NCBI GenBank assembly: GCA_963674755.2
Contig: CAXXVS010000003.1
Coordinates: forward strand, 1,760,001-1,824,000
DNA: 64,000 nucleotides
Source: Desulfobacterales bacterium
Lineage (GTDB): Bacteria > Desulfobacterota > Desulfobacteria > Desulfobacterales > UBA5852
Direction of reading: 5' to 3'
The notes under the pieces were generated by a model. That model was not told the DNA's origin. It did no database searches and saw only the letters and a program-made list of their open reading frames with translations. The translations under genes and the position numbers were made by a program. How positions within the stretch are numbered: the first letter of the stretch is position 1; each line of letters starts with the position of its first letter. Positions 10,500 to 21,651 of this stretch are shown piece by piece.

Positions 10500-11834
10500 A
10501 TGACGCCAAAAGCATCTTCGCCGTTTTGCCGCCAAAACCCACAGCTTTCCGATTTACTCGATAAAACAGCCGGCATGATGTCGGACTTCGACCCGCAATT
10601 CCTTCACTACCGTCAAAAGCTGAATGACTTGGCCTCCCGCTATTCCGAGGGACGGTTTCACTTGGCGGTTCTCGGCCAATTCAAGCGCGGCAAAAGCACA
10701 CTGCTCAACGCGTTGACGGGCGGGCCGCTTTTGCCCGTAGGGGTGGTTCCATTGACGGCGGCACCGACCTTCCTCCAATATGGTGAAGCCGCCAAAATCA
10801 CGATCCAATATCAAGACGGCCGTCCGGCGGATGAATTCGCCGGCGCCTCGACCGCCGAGAGAAGTGCCTTTCTGGCCCGCTTTGTTACCGAAAAGGGCAA
10901 CCCCAAAAACAAGCTGGGTGTCGCTGAAGTCCAGGTGGATCTGCCGGTCCCTATTCTAAGCGGTGGCGTGGTCTTGATTGACACGCCCGGAATCGGCTCC
11001 ACCTATCGCCATAACACCTCTGCGACGCTCAATTTTCTGAAACAATGCGATGCGGCCCTGTTTCTGGTTTCGGCCGACCCGCCCATCACCGAAGTGGAAC
11101 TGGCATTCCTGCGGCAGGTGAGCGTAAAGGTGCCGCGATTGTTCTTTGTTTTAAACAAAATCGATTACTTGAACGAAGAGGAACTTGAAGAGGCACTTGC
11201 TTTTTACAAACACATATTGTCCGAGGAACTCGGCTGGATCAGCGACCATCCGGTCTTTTGCGTATCGGCCCGCAAAGGTCTCGAGGCCCGAACATCCACC
11301 GCGGCCGATGGGTGGTCCGCCAGCGGCATGGCGCGATTGGAAGCCTTTCTGGTGGATTATCTTGCCAGGGAAAAGTTCACCGCCTTGACGGATGCCGTTT
11401 GCCGAAGGGCGCTGGAGCTTATCGACGCCACCCTGATGGAGGCCGGTATCGTCTTGCAGGCGCTCAAACTGCCCCAACAGGAACTGGAAGAAAAAATCGG
11501 TGTTTTCGAACAAAGTCTCAGGCAGGCCGAAAGTGAACGCCGGCTGATCCAGGATGTTCTGGAAGGCGATAAAAAGCGCGTCACCGCCTTTGTGGAAGAA
11601 GAGGCCCGTGACCTGGCCCGTCAAGCCGAACAATTTTTGAAGGAGATCATGGATCGCGGCCCTGGTTCGCGAATCTACGGTCAATCTTCATTGGTCGGCC
11701 CCCTGTGCTTAGCACACTGTCCGGTCCTTAAGGTCCACCGCCACCGAAGCCCGACCAAGCAGGAAAGGAAAATGAATGAACTCAAGAAGCAAGGCAGCGA
11801 TTCCGGCAACAAAAGAGTGCTACGAAATTCTTGA
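10500..11834 (+). CDS. Truncated dynamin-like GTPase created by the duplication junction (397 native codons plus a read-through tail)
   Basis: Identical to 12805-14667 up to ...YGQSS, then reads into the region upstream of HD copy 2. Confidence 0.8.
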   Translation: MTPKASSPFCRQNPQLSDLLDKTAGMMSDFDPQFLHYRQKLNDLASRYSEGRFHLAVLGQFKRGKSTLLNALTGGPLLPVGVVPLTAAPTFLQYGEAAKITIQYQDGRPADEFAGASTAERSAFLARFVTEKGNPKNKLGVAEVQVDLPVPILSGGVVLIDTPGIGSTYRHNTSATLNFLKQCDAALFLVSADPPITEVELAFLRQVSVKVPRLFFVLNKIDYLNEEELEEALAFYKHILSEELGWISDHPVFCVSARKGLEARTSTAADGWSASGMARLEAFLVDYLAREKFTALTDAVCRRALELIDATLMEAGIVLQALKLPQQELEEKIGVFEQSLRQAESERRLIQDVLEGDKKRVTAFVEEEARDLARQAEQFLKEIMDRGPGSRIYGQSSLVGPLCLAHCPVLKVHRHRSPTKQERKMNELKKQGSDSGNKRVLRNS

Positions 11835-12333
11835 AGAAACAGGCACGCTCCAACACATCAAGGAACACTCAGAAACAGTCACCTGCGTAGCCAGAGAAAT
11901 TGCGGAACGCATGAACCAATCCGGAAAAAAAGTTGATGTTGACCTCATAGTCGCGGCGGCGCTGCTCCACGACGCGACGAAAACCAGAAGCCTGAAGACT
12001 GGCGAAGACCACGCAGAGACAGGAGCAGAGCTGTTACGTCAAAAAGGGTACTTTGAGATCAGCGAAATCGTTCGGCAACACGTACGCCTCGACTGCGAGC
12101 CAAGCAACGGAAAAATCACCGAAGCCGAAATCGTGAACTACGCAGACAAGCGCGTCATCAACAAAGACGTGGTAGGCCTACAAGAAAGGCGGGAATACAT
12201 ATTCAGGCGATATGCCGGGCATTACATAGACGCCACCGAACTAGAAAAGATTTGGGACGACACAGAAAAAATAGAGAAAAAAATCTTTGCGGAGATGCCT
12301 TACGGACCGGAGAAGCTCGCAGAGAAAATTTGA
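11776..12333 (+). CDS. HD-domain phosphohydrolase, copy 2
   Basis: Translation identical to 9471-10028. Confidence 0.85.
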   Translation: MNSRSKAAIPATKECYEILEETGTLQHIKEHSETVTCVAREIAERMNQSGKKVDVDLIVAAALLHDATKTRSLKTGEDHAETGAELLRQKGYFEISEIVRQHVRLDCEPSNGKITEAEIVNYADKRVINKDVVGLQERREYIFRRYAGHYIDATELEKIWDDTEKIEKKIFAEMPYGPEKLAEKI

Positions 12334-12623
12334 TTCATAAACCGGAATTGAACCCGGAAGAAATCCAGATTTACGTCCCAGGAACCGCGGCCGGTTTTTC
12401 ATAAATGGCTATTAGGTTTCGCATGGACGCCTCCGTTAACCGGACACACCGGATTCTGCAAATCGCCCAAACGTCGTCATCGAAAAGAAAAAATGCATAA
12501 GACCGCATAAAACAAGCTGCTGCTGATATCGTTTCTTTGAAGTCTGACAGCGGCGGCCTCGATCGCATCAAAAGCGTTGATCTTGTTTTTCGGTGATACG
12601 GTGTTATATTATCCAATAACATT

Positions 12624-12677
12624 TGGGGATGGAGTCCCCCCTGTTAACCGCCCGGGCTGGGCTGATGACTCCTACCG
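12624..12677 (+). promoter_or_regulatory. Fluoride riboswitch (crcB motif), copy 2
   Basis: Same sequence as 10319-10372; lies about 130 bp upstream of the full-length dynamin-like gene. Confidence 0.92.
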
Positions 12678-12804
12678 GCAGTCATGATCGGTGGGATTAT
12701 TCTGGAGAGGCCCGCAGGCGGTTTTCTTATGCCTAAATGCGCTAGTGGCCTCTTTGGATGCAAGCATTCCACATGAATGCTTAAACGACAACAGGGAGGT
12801 AACA

Positions 12805-14667
12805 ATGACGCCAAAAGCATCTTCGCCGTTTTGCCGCCAAAACCCACAGCTTTCCGATTTACTCGATAAAACAGCCGGCATGATGTCGGACTTCGACCCG
12901 CAATTCCTTCACTACCGTCAAAAGCTGAATGACTTGGCCTCCCGCTATTCCGAGGGACGGTTTCACTTGGCGGTTCTCGGCCAATTCAAGCGCGGCAAAA
13001 GCACACTGCTCAACGCGTTGACGGGCGGGCCGCTTTTGCCCGTAGGGGTGGTTCCATTGACGGCGGCACCGACCTTCCTCCAATATGGTGAAGCCGCCAA
13101 AATCACGATCCAATATCAAGACGGCCGTCCGGCGGATGAATTCGCCGGCGCCTCGACCGCCGAGAGAAGTGCCTTTCTGGCCCGCTTTGTTACCGAAAAG
13201 GGCAACCCCAAAAACAAGCTGGGTGTCGCTGAAGTCCAGGTGGATCTGCCGGTCCCTATTCTAAGCGGTGGCGTGGTCTTGATTGACACGCCCGGAATCG
13301 GCTCCACCTATCGCCATAACACCTCTGCGACGCTCAATTTTCTGAAACAATGCGATGCGGCCCTGTTTCTGGTTTCGGCCGACCCGCCCATCACCGAAGT
13401 GGAACTGGCATTCCTGCGGCAGGTGAGCGTAAAGGTGCCGCGATTGTTCTTTGTTTTAAACAAAATCGATTACTTGAACGAAGAGGAACTTGAAGAGGCA
13501 CTTGCTTTTTACAAACACATATTGTCCGAGGAACTCGGCTGGATCAGCGACCATCCGGTCTTTTGCGTATCGGCCCGCAAAGGTCTCGAGGCCCGAACAT
13601 CCACCGCGGCCGATGGGTGGTCCGCCAGCGGCATGGCGCGATTGGAAGCCTTTCTGGTGGATTATCTTGCCAGGGAAAAGTTCACCGCCTTGACGGATGC
13701 CGTTTGCCGAAGGGCGCTGGAGCTTATCGACGCCACCCTGATGGAGGCCGGTATCGTCTTGCAGGCGCTCAAACTGCCCCAACAGGAACTGGAAGAAAAA
13801 ATCGGTGTTTTCGAACAAAGTCTCAGGCAGGCCGAAAGTGAACGCCGGCTGATCCAGGATGTTCTGGAAGGCGATAAAAAGCGCGTCACCGCCTTTGTGG
13901 AAGAAGAGGCCCGTGACCTGGCCCGTCAAGCCGAACAATTTTTGAAGGAGATCATGGATCGCGGCCCTGGTTCGCGAATCTACGGTCAATCTTCAAAAGC
14001 AGGCATCCAGCAGGCCTGGGCGGAGGCGATTCCCGATTATTTCGAGGCGCAGCGGGAAGCGCTAAACGAACGCGTCAAAGAGCGCCTGCTGGAGTGCCTG
14101 ACACCCCATGAAGAGCGCCTTTCCCAACTCGTGGAAACCCTGCGGCAAACCGCCGCCGACATGTTCCAGGTGCCCTACAAGCCCCTTTCACCGGAGCGGG
14201 TCCTGGAGGTCAAACGGAAGCCCTATTGGGTGTTGAGCACGTGGAACACCGATCCCCTGCCCGCTTTGCTGTCCATGGACCAGCGTCTGGACGGGCTGGT
14301 CCGGCGCAACGTGGAGAACATCCGCTGGTCCATGCTCCAGAACCTGAACCTTTCCTTTGCGGGGTTTGCCCGCCGGACCCGCGAACGCCTGGATGAAACC
14401 GTAGCCGCGACCCAGGGGGCCATGCAGGCGGCCCATGCACGGCGACAAGCCGACGATGGGGGCATCGCAGCCGAAGCAGCCCGCATGTCCGACCGCATGG
14501 CGCTATTGGAGGCTGTCAAAATCGATTTAACACTTTTTCAGGATAGCTTATCGCCGGCGAAGGATGAAACAACACCGGATCGTGCCCAGTCGATAGGCAG
14601 TGATCGTGGGCTTGACGGGCGCCTTGTGGATGGGCCGCGTCCGCACTGTCAATCCATAACCAGGTAG
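12805..14667 (+). CDS. Bacterial dynamin-like GTPase, full length (620 aa)
   Basis: G1 GQFKRGKS, G2 PLT, G3 DTPG, G4 NKID, VSAR, then a long helical/coiled-coil region; GGGAGG SD before ATG 12805. Confidence 0.9.
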   Translation: MTPKASSPFCRQNPQLSDLLDKTAGMMSDFDPQFLHYRQKLNDLASRYSEGRFHLAVLGQFKRGKSTLLNALTGGPLLPVGVVPLTAAPTFLQYGEAAKITIQYQDGRPADEFAGASTAERSAFLARFVTEKGNPKNKLGVAEVQVDLPVPILSGGVVLIDTPGIGSTYRHNTSATLNFLKQCDAALFLVSADPPITEVELAFLRQVSVKVPRLFFVLNKIDYLNEEELEEALAFYKHILSEELGWISDHPVFCVSARKGLEARTSTAADGWSASGMARLEAFLVDYLAREKFTALTDAVCRRALELIDATLMEAGIVLQALKLPQQELEEKIGVFEQSLRQAESERRLIQDVLEGDKKRVTAFVEEEARDLARQAEQFLKEIMDRGPGSRIYGQSSKAGIQQAWAEAIPDYFEAQREALNERVKERLLECLTPHEERLSQLVETLRQTAADMFQVPYKPLSPERVLEVKRKPYWVLSTWNTDPLPALLSMDQRLDGLVRRNVENIRWSMLQNLNLSFAGFARRTRERLDETVAATQGAMQAAHARRQADDGGIAAEAARMSDRMALLEAVKIDLTLFQDSLSPAKDETTPDRAQSIGSDRGLDGRLVDGPRPHCQSITR

Positions 14668-14719
14668 ATAGACCCAAAAGAAGGTGTGAGATGAAGAATA
14701 CGACCCATTCGTCATGTGA

Positions 14720-15490
<771 letters not shown>

Positions 15491-15781
15491 CATGGCACAG
15501 GGCGGCAAAGATGCCCATGACCCTGGCGCCGGACGTCCAGTGCCATACTTCTTCCCCAATGCCGTCAATTAGGCAGTAGACATATTTGCGGTCGCGATCA
15601 GGGCGAATCGGTCCAATTGCCATCCGCGGTTTCGCGCGTCAGTGACGGACGAAGCCGCAGTCCCCGGGGGTGTCCTGCATGTTCCGAAACCCGGTTTGCA
15701 GGAGGCCGGGGTTTGGGGAGCGGTCTTGCGCACCGTGCCCGATCGTTGCCGGCACCGCGGCACCGTGCGGGCCGGGCGGTC

Positions 15782-16372
15782 CTATTTGCGCGCCAGATTG
15801 AACATATCGGTGATCAGCGGGCTTTCGCGGAATTGATGCACGAGGGCGATGCCGGCATGGCCGAAGAGATAGGCCCACATGAAACCGGCGATGAGGCTGT
15901 GGATTTCAGCCACCGTATGGACCCACGGGACCATGCCGCCATCCGGCGCCATGGCGAAGAAGATGGTGCCTCCGGTCACGGCCATGCCCGTAACGGCCAG
16001 CAAGCCCAGGCCGTGGATCGCACCGGCCATGGGCAGGGTTTCCTTGCTCTGGTCGGGGAATCCGTTGCGCAGCCAGCCGGGCAAGGCCTTCAGGTCGTCC
16101 ATGAGGCGCTGCATGCGTCGCGCGGAGAACCAGGGGAAGAGATGGCCCCAGCCGTTGCTCAGGTGACCGCTCAATTGCCACAGCCAGTGGAGCAGCAGCA
16201 GGCTGACGACCGTGATGCCGGACCAGCGATGGATATGAAACAGGGTGTAGCCGGGCTCCGTCGGGACCCGGCCCGGGTGCGGAACCACCATCAGCAGGCT
16301 GCTGAGCAGTTGAATCACTACTGTCAGGGCCAGACCGGCATGCAGCCAGCGCGTCGTACGATCGTATTTCAT
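15782..16372 (-). CDS. Cytochrome b561 / Ni-hydrogenase cytochrome b family membrane protein
   Basis: YDRTTRWLH, four hydrophobic helices with His ligands (IHRWSG, IHS, GHAG). Confidence 0.82.
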   Translation of the reverse strand: MKYDRTTRWLHAGLALTVVIQLLSSLLMVVPHPGRVPTEPGYTLFHIHRWSGITVVSLLLLHWLWQLSGHLSNGWGHLFPWFSARRMQRLMDDLKALPGWLRNGFPDQSKETLPMAGAIHGLGLLAVTGMAVTGGTIFFAMAPDGGMVPWVHTVAEIHSLIAGFMWAYLFGHAGIALVHQFRESPLITDMFNLARK

Positions 16373-19104
16373 TGCGGTTTCCCTTCCTCTGTCGGTTTCG
16401 TTTTCAACGCTTTTTGCAGGGCCTGCATTGCCATCCCGAAATCCTGCCAGTTGCCCTGCCGGAGGGCTTCCTGGGCTTTGCTGAGATGCTCCCGGGCACG
16501 CCGCAAGGCGCTCGCTTCGATGGGTGCCGCCGCGGTTGCGGTCATTTTCTCCCCGCTCGGCGGCGCCGTGCCGAAGACCGCCTGGATGGCCTCACCCAGG
16601 GTGGGCTGCATGACCACTTTGTTGCCCGATATGACGATGACGCGGATGAGCTGGGGAATGTTGACCCCTTCGGCCAGCAGGTAGACCGGCTCGACATAGA
16701 GAAAAGCGTTGTCGATGGGAATCACCACCAGGTTGCCGCGGATCACCTTGGAGCCCCGCTGGTCCCATAGGGAGAGCTGTTCTGAAATGACGGCATTCTG
16801 GTCGATCATGGCCTCGATCTGGATCGGACCGAAGGTGAGCCGCTCCTTAGGCAGCTGGTAGACGATGATGCGGCCGTAGTCGGGTGCATCGCATTCGGCC
16901 CCCATCCAGGCGATCATGTTGTCCCTGCTTTGGGGGGTGAAGGGGGTCATGATAAAATAGCGCAGCGCCTTGGTGCCGGGCAGGCGCATCAGCAGATAGT
17001 AAGGCTGGAAGGCCACCGCCTGTCCGGCATACTTCTCCTGGGGCAGGGCCCAGAGATCCTCCTGGTTGTAGAACACCTGGGGATCGGTCATGTGGTAGTT
17101 CATATAGCTGGCGGCCTGGATCGCGAACAGGTCTTCGGGATAGCGCAGATGGCTGCGCAGGTCCGCGGAGAGATCGTCCAGGGGTTTGAACATCCCCGGG
17201 AAGGCCTTGCGGTAGACCTGCAGAATAGGATCGGCGGGATCCATCACATAAAACTGCACGCTCCCGTCGTAGACGTCTTCCACCACCTTCACGGAGTTGC
17301 GGATGTAATTGGGGGCGGACGCGATCCCGGAGGCGGGCTGGGCATAGGGAAAACGGTCCGATACCGTATAGGCATCCTGGATCCAGTAGAGTTTGCCGTC
17401 GGCCAGCACCAGGTAGGGATCCTGATCGAGGGTCAGGAAGGGGGCGATCTGCGCCACGCGTTCCTGCACCCCGCGGTAGATCTGGATCCGGCTCTGGGGT
17501 TTCAGATAAGAGGTCAGCAGGATATTGATGTCGGACTGGGTCCAGGCGAAGAGCAGTTTTTTCCAGATCGTGTCCAAGGGAATGCCGCCTTTCCCCTGGT
17601 AGCTGGTGTAGACGTTGTCGTTGCCTTTGGGGTAGTCGAACTCTTTCACCTCGGTGTCCACGATCATATAGCCGGGCGCGTTTTCACCATAGTAGACGGC
17701 CGGCTGTTCAACCTGCAGGCCGTAAGTGGAGGTCGGCGGGATATTCTCGATGGCATACACCGGCAGCCCGCCTTGCTGCTGTTTGGAGACGAAGCTCATG
17801 ACCAGGCCGTAGCCATGGGTGAACTGCAGGTGCTGGTTGACCCAGGTGCGGGCCTTGGGCGGCAGTTGGGTAGCGATCTCGCGGGCCGACAACATCACCT
17901 GATGATAGCCGTCCTTCAGGTGATAGCGCCCCACGTCCACTGAATTGAATTGGTAGTAGAGCCGGATTTCCTGGGTCTGGCGATAGGTTTGCAGGATCGG
18001 CCGCCAGTCCCATAGCCGGATGTTTTCGATGGTCGGGCCGTGGCTGTCGATCTGCTCCAAGGTTAGATCGCTTAGGGCCGGATAGGCCTTCTCCTCGATC
18101 TTGTCGAGCTGGAAGGCGCGGCGCGTAAAATCGATGTTGTGTTTGAGGTAGGGGGTTTCCAGTTGGAGCTCGTTGGGTTCGACATGGTATTTTTGCACCA
18201 GACCCGGAACCAGGACCAGCGCCAGGCCGTAGAGGATGAAATACCCGCTGATGCCCCCCAGCATCAGGACCATGCGCCGTTTGATAAAGCACAGGGGGAT
18301 GAATGCGGCCAGGAGGAGGGCGGCGCCCAGCATGACCCAGTAGGCCATGCGTTCGATGTGATCGGCGGTATACCCGACCCCGTAGACCACGCCCCGGGTG
18401 GAGTAGAGCAGCTCGAAGCGGTCCAGGTAGTAGCCCCAGGCCCAGATGACGAGGAAGATAATCAGCAGCAGGGCGAGATGGCCGAAGACTTTCGGATCCA
18501 TGCGCGCCGATTTGAGGGGCATGGGCCGGAGCAGATCGAAGGTGGTATAGGCCATGGCCGTGATCACCAGGGTCAGCAGGCTCACCCCCATCAGGCTGTC
18601 GCGCAGCAATTCATAGAAGGGCAGGTGGAACAGGTAGAAACCGATATCCCGTCCGAAGATCGGGTCGCTTTGGCCGAAGGTACCGCCCCACAGAAAGCGC
18701 AGATAGTCGTCCCATTGCGCATAGAACATCGAGGCGAACATCAGGCTGACCAGGGCGGCGATGAGCAGGGTGCCGAGATGGAACCATCCGGCCGGCACGG
18801 CCAGGCCCTGTTTGGTGTAGGCCGCAGGCCGGCGCTCGATGGTCGTGCCGCGCAACCGGAAGATGGCGGCGGCGGCGAAGCGCAGGTTCAGCCACAGGTA
18901 GACAAAGACGAGGAGCAGGGCCAGGGCGGCGGAAACGATTTTGATGGAGAGCAGGCGCCAGAAGACCATGGCGTAGCCCATCTGTTTCATCCAGAGCCCG
19001 TCCTGGATCAGGTTGGATACGGCAAACAAAACGTTGATGGCCAGGATGGCCGCCAACACCGACACCCAGATAATCCGTCTGGGGGATCCCAGCGCCAATT
19101 TCAT
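16369..19104 (-). CDS. UPF0182 (COG1615) membrane protein
   Basis: DPIFGRDIGFY, NIRLWD, FTHGYG, NYIRNSVK, HLRYPEDLF, GNL, LYVEPVY; GGGAG SD before ATG 19104. Confidence 0.9.
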   Translation of the reverse strand: MKLALGSPRRIIWVSVLAAILAINVLFAVSNLIQDGLWMKQMGYAMVFWRLLSIKIVSAALALLLVFVYLWLNLRFAAAAIFRLRGTTIERRPAAYTKQGLAVPAGWFHLGTLLIAALVSLMFASMFYAQWDDYLRFLWGGTFGQSDPIFGRDIGFYLFHLPFYELLRDSLMGVSLLTLVITAMAYTTFDLLRPMPLKSARMDPKVFGHLALLLIIFLVIWAWGYYLDRFELLYSTRGVVYGVGYTADHIERMAYWVMLGAALLLAAFIPLCFIKRRMVLMLGGISGYFILYGLALVLVPGLVQKYHVEPNELQLETPYLKHNIDFTRRAFQLDKIEEKAYPALSDLTLEQIDSHGPTIENIRLWDWRPILQTYRQTQEIRLYYQFNSVDVGRYHLKDGYHQVMLSAREIATQLPPKARTWVNQHLQFTHGYGLVMSFVSKQQQGGLPVYAIENIPPTSTYGLQVEQPAVYYGENAPGYMIVDTEVKEFDYPKGNDNVYTSYQGKGGIPLDTIWKKLLFAWTQSDINILLTSYLKPQSRIQIYRGVQERVAQIAPFLTLDQDPYLVLADGKLYWIQDAYTVSDRFPYAQPASGIASAPNYIRNSVKVVEDVYDGSVQFYVMDPADPILQVYRKAFPGMFKPLDDLSADLRSHLRYPEDLFAIQAASYMNYHMTDPQVFYNQEDLWALPQEKYAGQAVAFQPYYLLMRLPGTKALRYFIMTPFTPQSRDNMIAWMGAECDAPDYGRIIVYQLPKERLTFGPIQIEAMIDQNAVISEQLSLWDQRGSKVIRGNLVVIPIDNAFLYVEPVYLLAEGVNIPQLIRVIVISGNKVVMQPTLGEAIQAVFGTAPPSGEKMTATAAAPIEASALRRAREHLSKAQEALRQGNWQDFGMAMQALQKALKTKPTEEGKPQ

Positions 19105-19697
19105 AATGAATGCTCCCTGCTGTCTTGTCGGGCCGTCCATTGCCCGATAAACCATTGTAAACTCGTAGTGTTCAGTCGTGATACGACATCCCGCAGAACG
19201 GGACTTCCCATCTGATGGCGTCCTCAACGGTGGGGTGCCCGCCGGTATACGCCGATATGGCGGGGAGGCGGCAGGCGGCCTCCAGGCCGGGATTCAGCCC
19301 CCCACTCGGGAACGTGTCCCCACGCGGGGGACGCGGTCCCTCGCCGACGGATCGAAGCGAACAAATCGTTTTACGAGGGCATCCAACGGCCGCGATTAAT
19401 GTAATCGACATCCGCCGGATAGGAATACGGTATTGATGGTATTCACCGGAAGCGCGACGTGTATCTTGCAGGAGAGCGGCCATCCATGCGATAGGGCGTT
19501 CGATGCGCGCCGACCGGCCGCCGGGTACATTGTTCCACGAGGGGCACATGCCGGCCAAGTATTGAAGACGGCTTGAAACCTCCGTGGATGCGTCTAATTT
19601 TAGAATCAGATGTCCATCCCGGCGTCGTGTTGACGCACCAGGCATCAATACCAACCATCCGACGTTTACGGACAAGACCGCTTGGAAGGAGACTCCG

Positions 19698-20264
19698 ATG
19701 CAAACGAACTGCTGGCGACGGACAGGTCTGTTGATCTTGCTTTGGCTGTTGACGCTCGCCGGTCCCCCGGCCCATGCCGCTTCGCTGCAGTCCGGCATCC
19801 ATGGCATGGTGTGGGGCGGCCGTGCCGCCGACTATCCGCAGCTGGAGAAAATCCGTGAAGAGGGCGGCGCGAGCTACTACGTCAACCGCCAAATGGCCTA
19901 CCGCACCGGCAGCGACCCGGTCTCCGGTGTGGTCTACGGGTTTTACCATGATCGGCTTTTCGCGGCCTACATCAAGACGCGCACGGCGAACCAGGCCTAC
20001 TACCTCGAACGACATTTCCGCGACATATACGGTCCGGCCAAGGTCAAGGCCTCCGGCAGCGAGACCATTTACCGCTGGGAACACGGCGATCTGAGGATCA
20101 AACTCAAAGACAACAACACCAATGAGGAGATCAAGCTGGGCATCTACTACCAGCCGCTGGCCAGGGAATTGGATCAGACCCTGGTGGAAGAGGGGCCGCC
20201 CGATGTGTTCGGCCCGTCTTCCGCCGGCGATAAGGGCGCCCCGTCGGCACCCCTGTTTAAATGA
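19698..20264 (+). CDS. Hypothetical exported protein
   Basis: AAGGAG SD; signal peptide ending AHA; GC-rich third codon positions like the neighbours. Confidence 0.7.
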   Translation: MQTNCWRRTGLLILLWLLTLAGPPAHAASLQSGIHGMVWGGRAADYPQLEKIREEGGASYYVNRQMAYRTGSDPVSGVVYGFYHDRLFAAYIKTRTANQAYYLERHFRDIYGPAKVKASGSETIYRWEHGDLRIKLKDNNTNEEIKLGIYYQPLARELDQTLVEEGPPDVFGPSSAGDKGAPSAPLFK

Positions 20265-20316
20265 CGGCCCCTATGCAGCGGCCTGTTCCGGCGGCTGGTC
20301 AAGGCCTGCCGAGCGA

Positions 20317-20770
20317 TCAAAGTGAAAGTGTAAGTCGCTGCGCAACGGGCAAAGCCTTGTCGACCAGAAAGGGGAGCTGAAACGAGAAAATGGCCAGAAT
20401 GCCCGCCATGAGGGGGCCGAAGGCGATGCCCAGGCCGAACCCGATGGTGACCAGGCTCATCTGGCGGCTGCGGCGGCAGGCGCTGCCGCCCTGGGCGATG
20501 TCGCCGGCATAGGCCAGGGCGGGGGCGACGATGGCGGCGGCCGCCGCGCCCTGGATGAAGCGCAGCAGGCCCAGTTCCGCCAGGGAAGTGGCCTGGCCCA
20601 AGAGGGCTGTCGCCGGTGCCATCAGCAGCAGGCCGGCCAGCACCAGCGGTTTGCGTCCCAGGCGGTCGGAGAGGCGGCCCAGCGGCACCTGAAACAGCAG
20701 CCGGCTGACCATCAGGGCGCTGAAGGCGATGCCGAAGCCGAAGGCTCCCATGCCCAGTTTGGCGCTGATT
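20317..20770 (-). pseudogene. MFS transporter remnant (C-terminal half only)
   Basis: GRLSDRLGRK motif A, LRFIQG, AFGPLMAG; no N-terminal half and an eroded end. Confidence 0.7.
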
Positions 20771-20843
20771 CCCGGTTCCCGTCCCACCCAAAGGCACACC
20801 GGAATATCCCGCTAATGCGGCCTTGCCTATCCTGCGGCCGGGA

Positions 20844-21470
20844 TTAGTGCGTGGTTTCCAATCCCAACGCCGCCAGCCGCTGCCGTGTGGTGTCATACTC
20901 CTGGTGGTGCAGACCGCGGATCCCCAGGGATTCGGCGACCTGCACAAACATTTGGCGGTCGTCGATATAGAGGGCCGCTTCGGGCTGAATCTGCGCCGTA
21001 TCCAGGGCCAGGCGGTAGATGTCTTCGTCCGGTTTACGGAAATGGACAAAGCAGGACGAGATGAAGGTGTCGATAAAGTCATTCAAGGCGAACGTACGAA
21101 TCCGATGCTCGGTCAGCTCGCGCCCCTCGTTGCTGACCGCCACGATTTTAAGTCCGTAGCGCCATTTGAGCGCGCGGATCATCTCGATCATCGGGGTAAG
21201 CGGTTCGGACTGTGCGAACATGAACTGGCGGAATTGCTCCCGCGTGAAAGGCCGTTCTTTGAAGAAAATCACCCGATCCAGGTATTGCTCGAGGCTGAGC
21301 TTGCCCTCTTCGTACGTATCGAAGGTCAGATGATGGCGTTCATCCATGTAGGCATAATTCAACCCGAAGCGATCGGCGGCCTTCTGGCGGCCATGGCGGT
21401 CCCACCCATTGGTGAGCAGCACGCCGCCGATATCCAGCAGCAGACTGGTAATGGGCTGTTCATTTTTCAT
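20844..21470 (-). CDS. HAD-superfamily phosphatase
   Basis: DIGGVL motif I, SN motif II, KPD motif III, YIDD motif IV. Confidence 0.9.
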   Translation of the reverse strand: MKNEQPITSLLLDIGGVLLTNGWDRHGRQKAADRFGLNYAYMDERHHLTFDTYEEGKLSLEQYLDRVIFFKERPFTREQFRQFMFAQSEPLTPMIEMIRALKWRYGLKIVAVSNEGRELTEHRIRTFALNDFIDTFISSCFVHFRKPDEDIYRLALDTAQIQPEAALYIDDRQMFVQVAESLGIRGLHHQEYDTTRQRLAALGLETTH

Positions 21471-21559
21471 TGAGGCACCTCTATGCCGGTTAGGCGGCCA
21501 TGCGCCCCCGGTAGATTCATTTTAAAAATGCTCTCCGCACCATGCGGCGGTCATCGAAG

Positions 21560-21590
21560 GAACTCCCCCGCCGCAAAGCCGCGGGGTATC
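21560..21590. repeat. Solitary palindrome resembling IS200/IS605-family end hairpins
   Basis: GAACTCCCCCGCCGC-AAA-GCCGCGGGGTATC imperfect GC-rich stem; no transposase nearby. Confidence 0.4.
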
Positions 21591-21651
21591 GAAAAAGGCC
21601 ATGAAACGCTGCAAACGGCCGGGCATCAACCCCTTGTCCGCCCTGGGCGGA

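Larger units (their letters stand above)
9386..13995. repeat. Tandem duplication with a 2,305-bp unit (9386-11690 and 11691-13995)
   Basis: ORFs in the unit recur at +2305 with identical translations; junction ...CAATCTTCA|TTGGTCGGCCCC with 1-bp (A) microhomology. Confidence 0.97.

Noticed and set aside
10500..14667. Two dynamin genes as a natural DLP1/DLP2 paralogue pair
   Set aside because: The first is an identical, truncated product of the tandem duplication, not a diverged partner
20844..21470. HAD phosphatase as part of the fluoride operon
   Set aside because: It is on the opposite strand, about 5 kb away, with no aptamer in its leader
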